Part shown: in pieces, positions 25,600 to 40,040 of the stretch
Numbering within the stretch: the stretch's first letter is position 1
Layout of the letters: the number at the start of each line of letters is the position of its first letter
DNA from: the human T2T-CHM13v2.0 reference genome, Homo sapiens
NCBI RefSeq assembly: GCF_009914755.1
Contig: NC_060933.1
Direction: 5' to 3' (one strand)
DNA length: 64,000 nucleotides
Program-made: the position numbers and the translations under genes
The notes under the pieces: model-generated
Database searches by the model: none
The model's input: only the letters and a program-made list of their open reading frames with translations
What the model was told of the DNA's origin: nothing

Positions 25600-28500
25600 C
25601 ATTCCATTCCATTCCATTCCATTCTATTCCATTCCATTGCAATCGAGTTGAATCCATTGCATTTCATTCCATTCCATTCCATTCCATTCCATTCCGGAAG
25701 ATTCCATTCCATTGCATTCCATTCCATTCCATTCCCCTGCACTCGCGTTGATTCCATTCCATTCCATTCCATTCCATTCCATTCGGTTCCGTTCCATTCC
25801 ATTCCATTCCATTCCATTCCGTTCCGTTCCATTCCTTTCCATTCCATTCTATTCGTGTTAATTCCATTCCATTCCATTCGATTGCAATCGAGTTGATTCC
25901 ATTCCATTCCATTCCATTCCATTCCATTCCATTCCATTCCATTCCTTTCCATTCCATTACGGATGATTCCATTCCATTGCATTCCATTCCATTCCATTCC
26001 CCTGTACTCGGGTTGATTCCATTCCATTCCATTCCAATCCTTGCCATTCCACTCGTGTTGATTCCATTCTTTCCATTCCATTCAAGTTGAATCCATCCCA
26101 TTGCATTCCATTCCATTCGATTCCATTCGATTGCACTCGGGTTGATTCCATTCCATTGCATTCCATTCCATTCCATTCCATTCCATTCCATTCCATTCCG
26201 TTCCATTCCATTTCTTTACATTCAGATTGATTCTATTCAATTCCCTTACACTCCATTATATTCCAATCCATTCTGGTTGTTTCCATTCCATTCCATTCCA
26301 TTTCACTCCATTCCATTGCACTCGGGTTGATTCCATTCCATTCTATTCCATTGCATTCCATTCCGTTCCATTCCGGATGATTCCATTCCATTGCATTCCT
26401 TTCCATTCCATTCCCCTGCAATCGGGTTGATTCCATTCCATTCCATTACATTACATTCCGTTCCATTCCATTCCATTCCATTCGGATTGATTGTATTCAA
26501 TTCCCTTACACTCCATTTCATTCCATTCTATTCGGGTAGTTTCCATTCCATTCCATTCCATTCCTCTCCATTCCATTGCACTCGGGTTGATTCCATTCCA
26601 TTCCATTCCATTCCATTCCATTCCATTCCATTACATTACATTACATTCCTTTCCATTGTACTCGGTTTGATTCCATTCCATTGCATTCCATTCCATTCCA
26701 TTCCATTCCATTCCATTCCATTCCATTCCGTTCCATTCCATTACATTCGGATTGATTCTATTCAACTCCCTAACTCTCCATTACATTCCATTCCATTCGG
26801 GTTGTTCCATTCCATTCCATTCCATTCCACTCCATTCCATTGCACTCGGGTTGATTCCATTCCATTCCATTCCATTCAATTCCATTCCATTCCATTCCGG
26901 ATGATTCCATTCCATTGCATTCCGTTCCATTACATTCCCCTGCATTCGGGTTGATTCCATTCCATTCCATTCGATTCCATTCCATTCGAATTCTTTCCTT
27001 TCCATTCTATTCCGTACCATTCCATTCCATTCCATACAATTCCATTCCATTCACTTCCACTCCGTACCGTTCCGTTCCGTTCCGTTCCATTCCATTCCAT
27101 TCCATTCTATTCGGTTTAATTCCATTCCTTTCCATTCCATTCCATTCTATTCCATTCCATTGCACTCGAGTTGCATCCATTGCATTCCATTCCATTCCAT
27201 TCCATTCCATTCCATTCCATTCCATTCCGGAAGATTCCATTCCATTGCATTCCATTCCATTCCATTCCATTCCATTCCATTCCATTGTACTCGGGTTGAT
27301 TCCATTCCATTGCATTCCATTCCATTCCATTCCATTCCATTCCATTCCATTCCGTTCCATTCCATTCCATTACATTCGGATTGATTCTTTTCAACTCCCT
27401 TACTCTCCATTCCATTCCATTCCATTCCATTCCATTCCATTCCGGAAGATTCCATTCCATTGCATTCCATTCCATTCCATTCCATTGTACTCGGGTGGAT
27501 TCCATTCCATTGCATTCCATTCTATTCCTTTCCATTCCATTCCATTCCGTTCCATTCCATTGCATTACATTCGGATTGATTCTTTTCAACTCACTTACTC
27601 TCCATTACATTCCATTCCATTTGGGTTGTTCCATTCCATTCAATTCCCTTCCACTCCATTCCATTTCACTCGGGTTGATTCCATTCCATTCTATTCCATT
27701 GCATTCCGGGTGATTCCATTCCATTGCATTCCGTTCCATTAGATTCCCCTGCACTCGGGTTGATTCCATTCCATTCCATTCCATTCCATTCCATTCCATT
27801 ACATTCCCCTGCACTCGCGTTGATTCCATTCCATTCCATTCCATTCCATTCCATTCCATTCCATTCCATTCCATTCCTTTCCATTCCAGTCCTTTCCATT
27901 CCATTCCACTCGGGTTGATTCCATTCTATTAGTTTCCATTCCATTCCATTCCCTTCCATTCCACTCTGGTTGATTCCATTCCTTTCCATTCCACTCGAAT
28001 ACATTCCCTCCTATTCCACTCGGAACGATTCCATTCCATTCCATTCCATTCAATTCCATTCCATTCCATTCCATTCCATTTCGTTCCATTCCATTCTATT
28101 CCGTATCATTCCATTCCATTCCATTCCATTCCATTCCACTCGTGTTGATTCCATTCCTTTCCATTCCATTCGGTTTGAAGGCATTCCATTCCATTCCATT
28201 CCATTCCTTTCCATTCCATTCCATTCCATTCCATTCTATTTTACTCGGGTTGATTCCATTCCGTTGCATTCCATTCCATTCCATTCCATTCCTTTCCATT
28301 CCGTTGCATTCCATTCCATTACATTCGGATTGATTCTATTCAACTCCCTTACTCTCCATTACATTCCATTCCATTCGGGTTGTTCCATTCCATTCCATTC
28401 CATTCCACTCCATTCCATTGCACTCGGGTTGATTCCATTCCATTCCATTCCATTCCATTCCATTCCGGATGATTCCATTCCATTGCATTCCGTTCCTTTA

Positions 28501-31500
28501 CATTCCCCTGCACTCGCGTTGATTCCATTCCATTCCATTCAATTCCATTCCATTACACTTCGTTCCATTCCCTTCTATTCCGTACCATTCCATTCCATTC
28601 CATACCATTCCATTCCATTCCATTCCATTCCATTCCATTCTGTTCCATTCCGTTCCATTCCATTCCATTCCATTCTATTCGGGTTAATTCCATTCCATTC
28701 CATTCCATTCCATTCCATTCCATTCTATTCCATTCCATTGCAATCCAGTTGAATCCATTGCATTTCATTCCATTCCATTCCATTCTATTCAATTCCATTC
28801 CGTTCCATTCCATTCCATTACATTCGGATTGATTCTATTCAACTCCCTTACTCTCCATTACATTCCATTCCATTCGGGTTGTTCCATTCCATTCCATTCC
28901 ATTCCACTCCATTCCATTGCACTCGGGTTTATTCCATTCCATTCCATTCCATTCCATTCCATTCCATTCCATTCCGTTCCGTTCCATTCCATTCCATTCC
29001 ATTCTATTCGGGTTAATTCCATTCCATTCCATTCCATTCCATTCCAATCGAGTTGATTCCATTCCATTCCATTCCATTCCACTCCATTCCAGTCCTTTCC
29101 ATTCCATTCCACTCGGGTTGATTCCAATGTATTCCTTTCCATTCCATTCCATTCCATTGCAATCGAGTTGATTCCATTGCTTTCAATTCCATTCCATTCC
29201 ATTCCATTCCGGATGACTCCATTCCATTGCATTCCATTCCATTCCATTCTCCTGCACTCGGGTTGATTCCATTCCATTCAACTCCTTTCCGTTCCATTCC
29301 ATTCCATTCCATTGTATTCGGGTTAATTCCATTCCATTCCATTCCATTCCATTCCATTCCATTACAATCGAGTTGATTCCATTCCATTCCATTCCATTCC
29401 TCTCCTTTCCATTGCACTCGGGTTGATTCCATTCCATTGCATTCCATTCCATTCCATTCAATTCCATTCCGTTCCATTCCATTCCATTACATTCGGATTG
29501 ATTCTATTCAACTCCCTTACTCTCCATTACATTCCATTCCATTCGGGTTGTTCCATTCCATTCCATTCCATTCCACTCCATTCCATTGCACTCGGGTTGA
29601 TTCCATTCCATTCCATTCCATTCCATTCCATTCCATTCCGGAAGATTCCATTCCATTGCATTCCATTCCATTCCATTCCCCTGCACTCGCGTTGATTCCA
29701 TTCTATTCCATTCTATTCCATTCCATTCCCTTCCTTTCCGTTCCATTCCATTCCATTCCTTTCCATTCCATTCCATTCCGTTCCGTTCCTTTCCATTCCA
29801 TTACGGATGATTCCATTCCATTGCATTCCATTCCATTCCATTCCCCTGCACTCGGGTTGATTCCATTCCATTCCATTACATTCGGATTGATTCTATTCAA
29901 CTCCCTTACTCTCCATTACATTCCATTCCATTCGGGTTGTTCCATTCCATTCCATTCCATTCCACTCCATTCCATTGCACTCGGGTTGATTCCATTCCAT
30001 TCCATTCCATTCCATTCCATTCCATTCCAATCCGGATGATTCCATTCCATTGCATTCCGTTCCATTACATTCCCCTGCACTCGCGTTGATTCCATTCCAT
30101 TCCATTCAATTCCATTCCATTACACTTCGCTCCATTCCATTCTATTCCGTACCATTCCATTCCATTCCATACCATTCCATTCCATTCCATTCCATTCCAT
30201 TCCGTTCCATTCCGTTCCATTCCATTCCATTCCATTCTATTCGAATTAATTCCATTCCATTCCATTCCATTCCATTCTATTCCATTCCATTGCAATCGAG
30301 TTGAATCCATTGCATTTCATTCCATTCCATTCCATTCCATTCCATTCCGGAAGATTCCATTCCATTGCATTCCATTCTATTCCATTCCCCTGCACTCGCG
30401 TTGATTCCATTCCATTCCATTCTATTCCATTCCATTCCCTTCCTTTCCGTTCCATTCCATTCCATTCCATTCCATTCCACTCCATTCCGTTCCGTTCCAT
30501 TCCATTCCATTCCATTCTATTCGGGTTAATTCCATTCCATTCCATTCGATTGCAATGGAGTTGATTCCATTCCATTCCATTCCATTCCATTCCATTCCAT
30601 TCCTTTCCATTCCATTACGGATGATTCCATTCCATTGCATTCCATTCCATTCCATTCCCCTGTACTCGGGTTGATTCCATTCCATTCCATTCCAATCCAT
30701 GCCATTCCACTCGTGTTGATTCCATTCTTTCCATTCCATTCAAGTTGAATCCATTCCATTGCATTCCATTCCATTCGATTCCATTCGATTGCACTCGGGT
30801 TGATTCCATTTCATTGCATTCCATTCCATTCCATTCCATTCCATTCCATTCCGTTCCATTCCATTCCATTACATTCGGATTGATTCTATTCAATTCCCTT
30901 ACACTCCATTACATTCCATTCCATTCGTGTAGTTTCCATTCCATTCCATTCCATTCCTCTCCATTCCATTGAACTCGGGTTGATTCCATTCCATTGCATT
31001 CCATTCCATTCCATTCAATTCCATTCCGTTCCATTCCATTCCATTACATTCGGATTGATTCTATTCAACTCCCTTACTCTCCATTACATTCCATTCCATT
31101 CGGGTTGTTCCATTCCATTCCATTCCATTCCACTCCATTCCATTGCACTCGGGTTTATTCCATTCCATTCCATTCCATTCCATTCCATTCCATTCCATTC
31201 CGGAAGATTCCATTCCATTGCATTCCATTCCATTCCATTCCCCTGCACTCGCGTTGATTCCATTCCATTACATTCCATTCCATTCCATTCCATTCCATTC
31301 CTTTTCGTTCCAATCCATTCCATTCCATTCCATTCCATTCCATTCCATTCCATTCCAATCGAGTTGATTCCATTCCATTCCATTCCATTCCATTCCACTC
31401 CATTCCAGTCCTTTCCATTCCATTACACTCGGGTTGATTCCAATGTATTCCTTTCCACTCCATTCCATTCCATTGCAATCGAGTTGACTCCATTGCTTTG

Positions 31501-34500
31501 CATTCCATTCCATTCCATTCCATTCGGGATGATTCCATTCCATTGCATTCCATTCCATTCCATTCCCCTGCACTCGGGTTGATTCCATTCCATTCCACTC
31601 CATTCCGTTCCATTCCATTCCATTGCATTGTATTCGGGTTAATTCCATTCCATTCCATTCCATTCCATTCCATTCCATTCCATTCCATTCCATTACAATC
31701 GAGTTGATTCCATTCCATTCCATTCCATTCCAGTCCTTTCCATTCCATTCCACTCGGGTTGATTCCATTCTATTAGTTTCCATTCCATTCCATTCCCTTC
31801 CATTCCACTCTGGTTGATTCCATTCCTTTCCATTCCACTCGAATACATTTCCTCCTATTCCACTCGGAACGATTCCATTCCATTCCATTCCATTCCATTT
31901 CGTTCCATTCCATTCTATTCCGTATCATTCCATTCCATTCCATTCCATTCCATTCCCCTGCAGTCGGGTTGTTTCCATTCCATTCCATTCCCTTCCATTC
32001 CATTCCATTCCATTCCATTCCGTTCCGTTCCATTCCATTCCATTCCATTCTATTCGGGTTAATTCCATTCCATTCCATTCCATTCCATTCCATTCCAATC
32101 GAGTTGATTCCATTCCATTCCATTCCATTCCATTCCACTCCATTCCAGTCCTTTCCATTCCATTCCACTCGGGTTGATTCCAATGTATTCCTTTCCATTC
32201 CATTCCATTCCATTGCAATCGAGTTGATTCCATTGCTTTGCATTCCATTCCATTCCATTTCATTCCGGATGATTCCATTCCATTGCATTCCATTCCATTC
32301 CATTCCTCTCCATTCCATTGCACTCGGGTTGATTGCATTCCATTCCATTCCATTCCGTTACATTACATTACATTACATTACATTCCGTTCCATTGTACTC
32401 GGGTTGATTCCATTCCATTGCATTCCATTCCATTCCATTCCATTCCATTCCATTCCATTCCATTCCATTCCATTCCATTCCGTTCCATTCCATTACATTC
32501 GGATTGATTCTATTCAACTCCCTTACTCTCCATTACATTCCATTCCATTCGGGTTGTTCCATTCCATTCCATTCCATTCAACTCCATTCCATTGCGCTCG
32601 GGTTGATTCCATTCCATTCCATTCCATTCCATTCCATTCCATTCCATTCCATTCCGGATTATTCCATTCCATTGCATTCCGTTCCATTACATTCCCCTGC
32701 ACTCGGGTTGATTCCATTCCATTCCATTCCATTCCATTCCATTCCATTCCATTCTATTCCATTCCAATTCTTTCCATTCCATTCTATTCCGTAGCATTCC
32801 ATTCCATTCCATACAATTCCATTGCATTCCATTCTACTCCGTTCCGTTCCGTTCCGTTCTGTTCCTTTCCATTCCATTCCATTCCATTCTATTCGGTTTA
32901 ACTCCATTCCATTCCATTCCATTCCATTCCATTCTATTCCATTCCATTGCAATCGAGTTGAATCCATTGCATTCCATTCCATTCCATTCCATTCCATTCC
33001 ATTCCGGAAGATTCCATTCCATTGTATTCCATTCCATTCCATTCCATTCCATTCCATTCCATTCCATTCCATTCCATTCCATTCCATTCCATTCCATTCC
33101 ATTCCATTGTACTCGGGTTGATTCCATTCCATTGCATTCCATTCCATTCCATTCCATTCCGTTCCATTCCATTCCATTACATTCGGATTGATTCTTTTCA
33201 ACTCCCTTACTCTCCATTACATTCCATTCCATTCGGGTTGTTCCATTCCATTCCATTCCATTCCACTCCATTCCATTGCACTCATGTTGATTCCATTCCA
33301 TTCCATTCCGGATGATTCCATTCCATTGCATTCCGTTCCATTACATTCCCCTGCACTCGGGTTGATTCCATTCCATTCCTTTCCATTCCATTCGATTCCA
33401 TTCCATTCCCCTGCACTCGCGTTGATTCCATTCCATTCCATTCCATTCCATTCCATTCCATTCCATTCCATTCCTTTCCGTTCCATTCCATTCCATTCCA
33501 TTCCATTCCGTTCCGTTCCATTCCATTCCATTCCATTCTATTCGGGTTAATTCCATTCCATTCCATTCGATTGCAATCGAGTTGATTCCATTCCATTCCA
33601 TTCCATTCCATTCCATTCCATTCCAGTCCTTTCCATTCCTTTCCATTACATTACTGATGATTCCATTCTATTGCATTCCATTCCATTCCATTCCCCTGTA
33701 CTCGGGTTGATTCCATTCCATTCCATTAAAATCCATGCCATTCCACTCGTGTTGATTCCATGCTTTCCTTTCCATTCAAGTTGAATCCATTCCATTGCAT
33801 TCCATTCCATTCGATTCCATTCGATTGCACTCGGGTTGATTCCATTCCATTGCATTCCATTCCATTCCATTCAATTCCATTCCGTTCCATTAAATTTCAT
33901 TACATTCAGATTGATTCTTTTCAGTTCCCTTACACTCCATTATATTCCAATCCATTCTGGTTGTTTCCATTCCATTCCATTCCATTTCACTCCATTCCAT
34001 TGCACTCGGGTTGATTCCATTCCATTGCATTCCATTGCATTCCATTCCATTCCATTCCGGATGATTCCATTCCATTTCATTCCATTCCATTCCATTCCCC
34101 TGCACTCGGGTTGATTCCATTCCATTCCATTCCATTACATTCCGTTCCATTCCATTCCATTCCATTCGGATTGATTCTATTCAATTCCCTTACACTCCAT
34201 TACATTCCATTCCATTCGGGTAGTTTCCATTCCATTCCATTCCATTCCTCTCCATTCCAATGCACTCGGGTTGATTCCATTCCATTCCATTCCATTCCAT
34301 TCCATTCCATTCCATTACATTACATTCCATTCCATTCCGTTCCATTGTACTCGGGTTGATTCCATTCCATTGCATTCCATTCCATTCCATTCCATTCCAT
34401 TCCATTCCATTCCATTCCATTCGTATTGATTCTATTCAACTCCCTTACTCGCCATTACATTCCATTCCATTCGGGTTGTTCCATTCGATTCCATTCCATT

Positions 34501-37500
34501 CCACTCCATTCCATTGCACTCGGGTTGATTGCATTCCATTCCATTCCACTCCATTCCATTCCATTCCATTCCATTCCGGATGATTCCATTCCATTGCATT
34601 CCGTTCCATTACATTCCCCTGCACTCGGGTTGATTCCATTCCATTCCATTCCATTCCATTCGATTCCATTCCATTCCAATTCTTTCCATTCCATTCTATT
34701 CCGTACCATGCCATTCCATTCCATACAATTCCATTCCATTCCATTCCACTCTGTTCCGTTCCGTTCCGTTCCGTTCCGTTCCATTCCATTCCATTCCATT
34801 CTATTCGGGTTAATTCCATTCCATTCCATTCGATTGCAATCGAGTTGATTCCATTCCATTCCATTCCATTCCATTCCATTCCATTCCTTTCCATTCCATT
34901 ACGGATGATTCCATTCCATTGCATTCCATTCCATTCCATTCCCCTGTACTCGGGTTGATTCCATTCCATTCCATTCCAATCCATGCCATTCCACTCGTGT
35001 TGATTCCATTCTTTCCATTCCATTCAAGTTGAATCCATTCCATTGCCTTCCATTCCATTCCATTCCCCTGCAGTCTGGTTGATTCCATTCCATTCCATTC
35101 CATTCCATTCCATTCCATTCCATTCCGTTCCGTTCCATTCCATTCCATTCCATTCTTTTCGGGTTAATTCCATTCCATTCCATTCCATTCCATTCCAATC
35201 GAGTTGATTAAATTCCATTCCATTCCATTCCATTCCACTCCATTCCAGTCCTTTCCATTCCATTCCACTCGGGTTGATTCCAATGTATTCCTTTCCATTC
35301 CATTCCATTCCATTGCAATCGAGTTGATTCCATTGCTTTGCATTCCATTCGATTCCATTCCATTCCGGATGATTCCATTCCATTGCATTCCATTCCATTC
35401 CATTCCCCTGCACTCGGGTTGATTCCATTCCATTCCACTCCATTCCGTTCCATTCCATTCCATTCCAGTGTATTCGGGTTAATTCCATTCCATTCCATTC
35501 CATTCCATTCCATTCCATTCCATTCCATTACAATCGAGTTGATTCCATTCCATTCCATTCCATTCCAGTCCTTTCCATTCCATTCCACTCGGGTTGATTC
35601 CATTCTATTAGATTCCATTCCATTCCATTCCCTTCCATTCCACTCTGGTTGATACCATTCCTTTCCATTCCACTCGAATACATTCCCTCCTATTCCACTC
35701 GGAACGATTCCATTCCATTGCATTCCATTCCATTCCATTTCGTTCCATTCCATTCTATTCCGTATCTTTCCATTCCATTCCATTCCATTCCATTCCATTC
35801 CATTCCATTCCATTGTACTCGGGTTGATTCAATTCCATTGTATTCCATTCCATTCCATTCCATTCCATTCCGTTGCATTCCATTCCATTACATTCGGATT
35901 GATTCTATTCAACTCCCTTACTCTCCATTACATTCCATTCCATTCGGGTTGTTCCATTCCATTCCATTCCATTCCATTCCATTCCATTCCATTCTATTCG
36001 GATTAATTCCATTCCATTCCATTCCATTCCATTCTATTCCATTCCATTGCAATCGAGTTGAATCCATTGCATTTCATTCCATTCCATTCCATTCCATTCC
36101 ATTCCATTCCATTCCAATCCGGAAGATTCCATTCCATTGCATTCCATTCCATTCCATTCCCCTGCACTCGCGTTCATTCCATTCCATTCCATTCCATTCC
36201 ATTCCATTCCATTCGGGTTGTTCCATTCCATTCCATTCCATTCCACTCCATTCCATTGCACTCGGGTTTATTCCATTCCATTCCATTCCATTCCATTCCA
36301 TTCTATTCCATTCCATTCCAGAAGATTCCATTCCATTGCATTCCATTCCATTCCATTCCCCTGCACTCGCGTTCATTCCATTCCATTCCATTCCATTCCA
36401 TTCCATTCCATTCCATTCCTTTCCGTTCCATTCCATTCCATTCCATTCCATTCCATTCCATGCCATTCCGTTCTGTTCCGTTCCGTTCCATTCCATTCCA
36501 TTCCATTCTATTCGGGTTAATTCCATTCCATTCCATTCGACTGCATTCGAGTTGATTCCATTCCATTCCATTCCATTCCATTCCATTCCATTCCATTCCA
36601 TTCCATTCCTTTCCATTCCATTACGGATGATTCCATTCCATTGCATTCCATTCCATTCCATTCCCCTGTACTCGGGTTGATTCCATTCCATTCCATTCCA
36701 ATCCATGCCATTCCACTCGTGTTGATTCCATTCTTTCCATTCCATTCAAGTTGAATCCATTACATTGCATTCCATTCCATTCCATTCCCCTGCAGTCGGG
36801 TTGATTCCATTCCATTCCATTCCATTCCATTCCATTCTATTCCGTTCCGTTCCGTTCCATTCCATTCCATTCCATTCCATTCTATTCGGGTTAATTCCAT
36901 TCCATTCCATTCCATTCCATTCCATTCCAATCGAGTTGATTCCATTCCATTCCATTCCATTCCATTCCACTCCATTCCAGTCCTTTTCATTCCATTCCAC
37001 TCGGGTTGATTCCAATGTATTCCTTTCCATTCCATTCCATTCCATTGCAATCGAGTTGATTCCATTGCTTTGCATTCCATTCCATTCCATTCCATTCCGG
37101 ATGATTCCATTCCATTGCATTCCATTCCATTCCATTCCTCTGCACTCGGGTTGATTCCATTCCATTCCACTCCATTCCGTTCCATTCCATTCCATTCCAT
37201 TGTATTCGGGTTAATTCAATTCCATTCCATTCCATTCCATTCCATTCCATTCCATTCCATCACAATCGAGTTTGTTCCATTCCATTCCATTCCATTCCAT
37301 TCCATTCCATTCCGGATGATTCCATTCGATTACATTCCGTTCCATTACATTCCCCTGCACGCGGGTTGATTCCATTCCATTCCATTCCATTCCATTCCAT
37401 TCGATTCCATTCCATTCCAATTCTTTCCATTCCATTCTATTCCGTACCATTCCATTGCATTCCATACCATTCCATTCCATTCCATTCCATTCCATTCCAT

Positions 37501-40040
37501 TCCATTCCGTTCCGTTCCATCCCAATCCATTCCATTTTATTCGGGTTAATTCCATTCCATTCCATTCCATTCCATTCTATTCCATTCCATTGCAATCGAG
37601 TTGAGTCCATTTCATTCCATTCCATTCCATTCCGGAAGATTCCATTCCATTGCATTCAATTCCATTCCATTCCCCTGCACTCGCGTTGATTCCATTCCAT
37701 TCCATTCCATTCCGTTCCGTTCCATTCCATTCCATTCCATTCCATTCCGTTCCGTTCCGTTCCGTTCCATTTGATTCCATTCTATTCGGGTTAATTCCAT
37801 TCCATTCCATTCGATTGCAATCGAGGTGATTCCATTCCATTCCATTCCATTCCATTCCATTCCATTGCATTCTTTTCCATTCCATTACGGATGATTCCAT
37901 TCCATTGCATTACCTTCCATTCCATTCCCCTGTACTCGGGTTGATTCCATTCCATTCCATTCCATTCCATTCTATTCCATTCCATTCCGGAAGATTCCAT
38001 TTCATTGCATTCCATTCCATTCCATTCCCCTGCACTCGCGTTGATTCCATTCCATTCCATTCCATTCCATTCCATTCCATTCCATTCCGTTCCGTTCCAT
38101 TCCATTCCATTCCATTCCATTCCATTCCGTTCCGTTCCATTCCATTCCATTCCATTCTATTCGGGTTAATTCCATTCCATTCCATTCGATTGCAATCGTG
38201 TTGATTCCATTCCATTCCATTCCATTCCATTCCATTCAATTCCATTCCATTCCTTTCCATTCCATTACGGATGATTCCATTCCATTGCATTCCATTCCAT
38301 TCCATTCCCCTGTACTCGGGTTGTTTCCATTCCATTGCATTCCAATCCATGCCCTTCCACTCGTGTTGATTCCATTCTTTCCATTCCATTCAAGTTGAAT
38401 CCATTCCATTGCATTCCATTCAATTCGATTCCATTCGATTGCACTCGGGTTGATTCCATTCCATTGCATTCCATTCCATTCCATTCCATTCCATTCCATT
38501 CCATTCCGTTCCATTCCATTCCATTACATTCGGATTGATTCTATTCAATTCCCTTACACTCCATTACATTCCATTCCATTCGGGTAGTTTCCATTCCATT
38601 CCATTCCATTCCTCTCCATTCCATTGCACTCGGGTTGATTCCATTCCATTGCATTCCATTCCATTCCATTCAATTCCATTCCGTTCCATTCCATTCCATT
38701 CCATTCGGATTGATTCTATTCAACTCCCTTACTCTCCATTACATTCCATTTCATTCGGGTTGTTGCATACCATTCCGTTCCATTCCACTCCATTCCATTG
38801 CACTCGGGTTTATTCCATTCCATTCCATTCCATTCCATTCCATTCTATTCCGGAAGATTCCATTCCATTGCATTCCATTCCATTCCATTCCATTCCAATC
38901 GAGTTGATTCCATTCCATTGCATTCCATTCCATTCCACTCCATTCCAGTCCTTTCCATTCCATTACACTCGGGTTGATTCCATTCCATTCCACTCCATTC
39001 CGTTCCATTCCATTCCATTCCATTGTATTCGGGTTAATTCCATTCCATTCCATTCCATTCCATTCCATTCCATTCCATTCCATTCCATTCCATTACAATC
39101 GAGTTGATTCCATTCCATTCCATTCCATTCCATTCCATTCCATTCCAGTCCTTTCCATTCCATTCCACTCGGGTTGATTCCATTCTATTAGTTTCCATTC
39201 CATTCCATTCCCTTCCATTCCACTCTGGTTGATTCCATTCCTTTCCATTCCACTCGAATACATTCCCTCCTATTCCACTCGGAACGATTCCATTCCATTC
39301 CATTCCATTCCATTCCAATCCATTCCATTCCATTCCAGTTCGTTCCATTCCGTTCTATTCGGTACCATTCCATTCCATTCCATTCCTTTCCATTCCATTC
39401 CTTTCCACTCGTGTTGATTCCATTCCTTTCCATTCCATTCGGTTTGAAGGCATTCCATTCCATTCAATTCCATTCCATTCCATTCCATTCCCTTCCATTC
39501 TATTCCATTGCATTGCAATCGAGTTGAATCCATTGCCTTTCATTCCATTCCATTCCATTCCATTCCATTCCGGAAGATTCCATTCCATTACATTCCATTC
39601 CATTCCATTCCCCTGCACTCGCGTTGATTCCATTCCATTCCATTCCATTCCATTCTATTCGGGTTAATTCCATTCCATTCCATTCCATTCCATTCCATTG
39701 CAATCGAGTTGATTCCATTCCATTCCATTCCACTCCATTCCAGTCCTTTCCATTCCATTCCACTCGGGTTGATTCCAATGTATTCCTTTCCATTCCATTC
39801 CATTCCATTGCAATCGAGTTGATTCCATTGCTTTGCATTCCATTCCGTTCCATTCCATTCCGGATGATTCCATTCCATTGCATTCCATTCCATTCCATTC
39901 CCCTGCACTCGGGTTGATTCCATTCCATTCCACTCCATTCCGTTCCATTCCATTCCATTCCATTGTATTCAGGTTAATTCCATTCCATTCCATTCCATTC
40001 CATTCCATTACAATCGAGTTGATTCCATTCCATTCCATTC
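25600..40040 (+). repeat. Block A: ~14.4-kb segment, first copy of a near-identical duplication
   Basis: ORF track repeats almost verbatim at +17161/+17156/+17151 (e.g. 25664..26206 vs 42825..43367; 31969..32901 vs 49125..50057; 39833 vs 56984). Rare words are shared, such as TTCGAATTCTTTCC (26985/44146) and ATTAAAATCC (33725/50881). Confidence 0.95.
33026..33105 (+). repeat. Longest perfect (ATTCC)16 run noticed (same-length copy at 50182-50261)
   Basis: 80 bp of uninterrupted ATTCC bounded by ATTGT on both sides. Confidence 0.85.

Larger units (their letters stand above)
21550..25600 (+). repeat. Block X: ~4.05-kb segment preceding A, duplicated at 57180-61210
   Basis: ORFs 22254..22553 vs 57869..58168 (+35615) and 24465..24914 vs 60075..60524 (+35610). 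Shared rare words GCAGTCGAGT, TGGTTGCTTCC, TTCCGGAATATTCC and CTTCCGATCC. Confidence 0.93.

Noticed and set aside
32361-32380. (CATTA)4 mini-run as a separate microsatellite or homeobox-site cluster
   Set aside because: It is a short local slippage of a common variant pentamer, with similar runs near 23620, 24860 and 26630. Nothing indicates independent function.
35205-35215. DUX4-like site TGATTAAATTC (copy at ~52361)
   Set aside because: It is an imperfect match to TGATTRRRTTA arising from a private variant present only in A and A'. It is not a recurrent feature.
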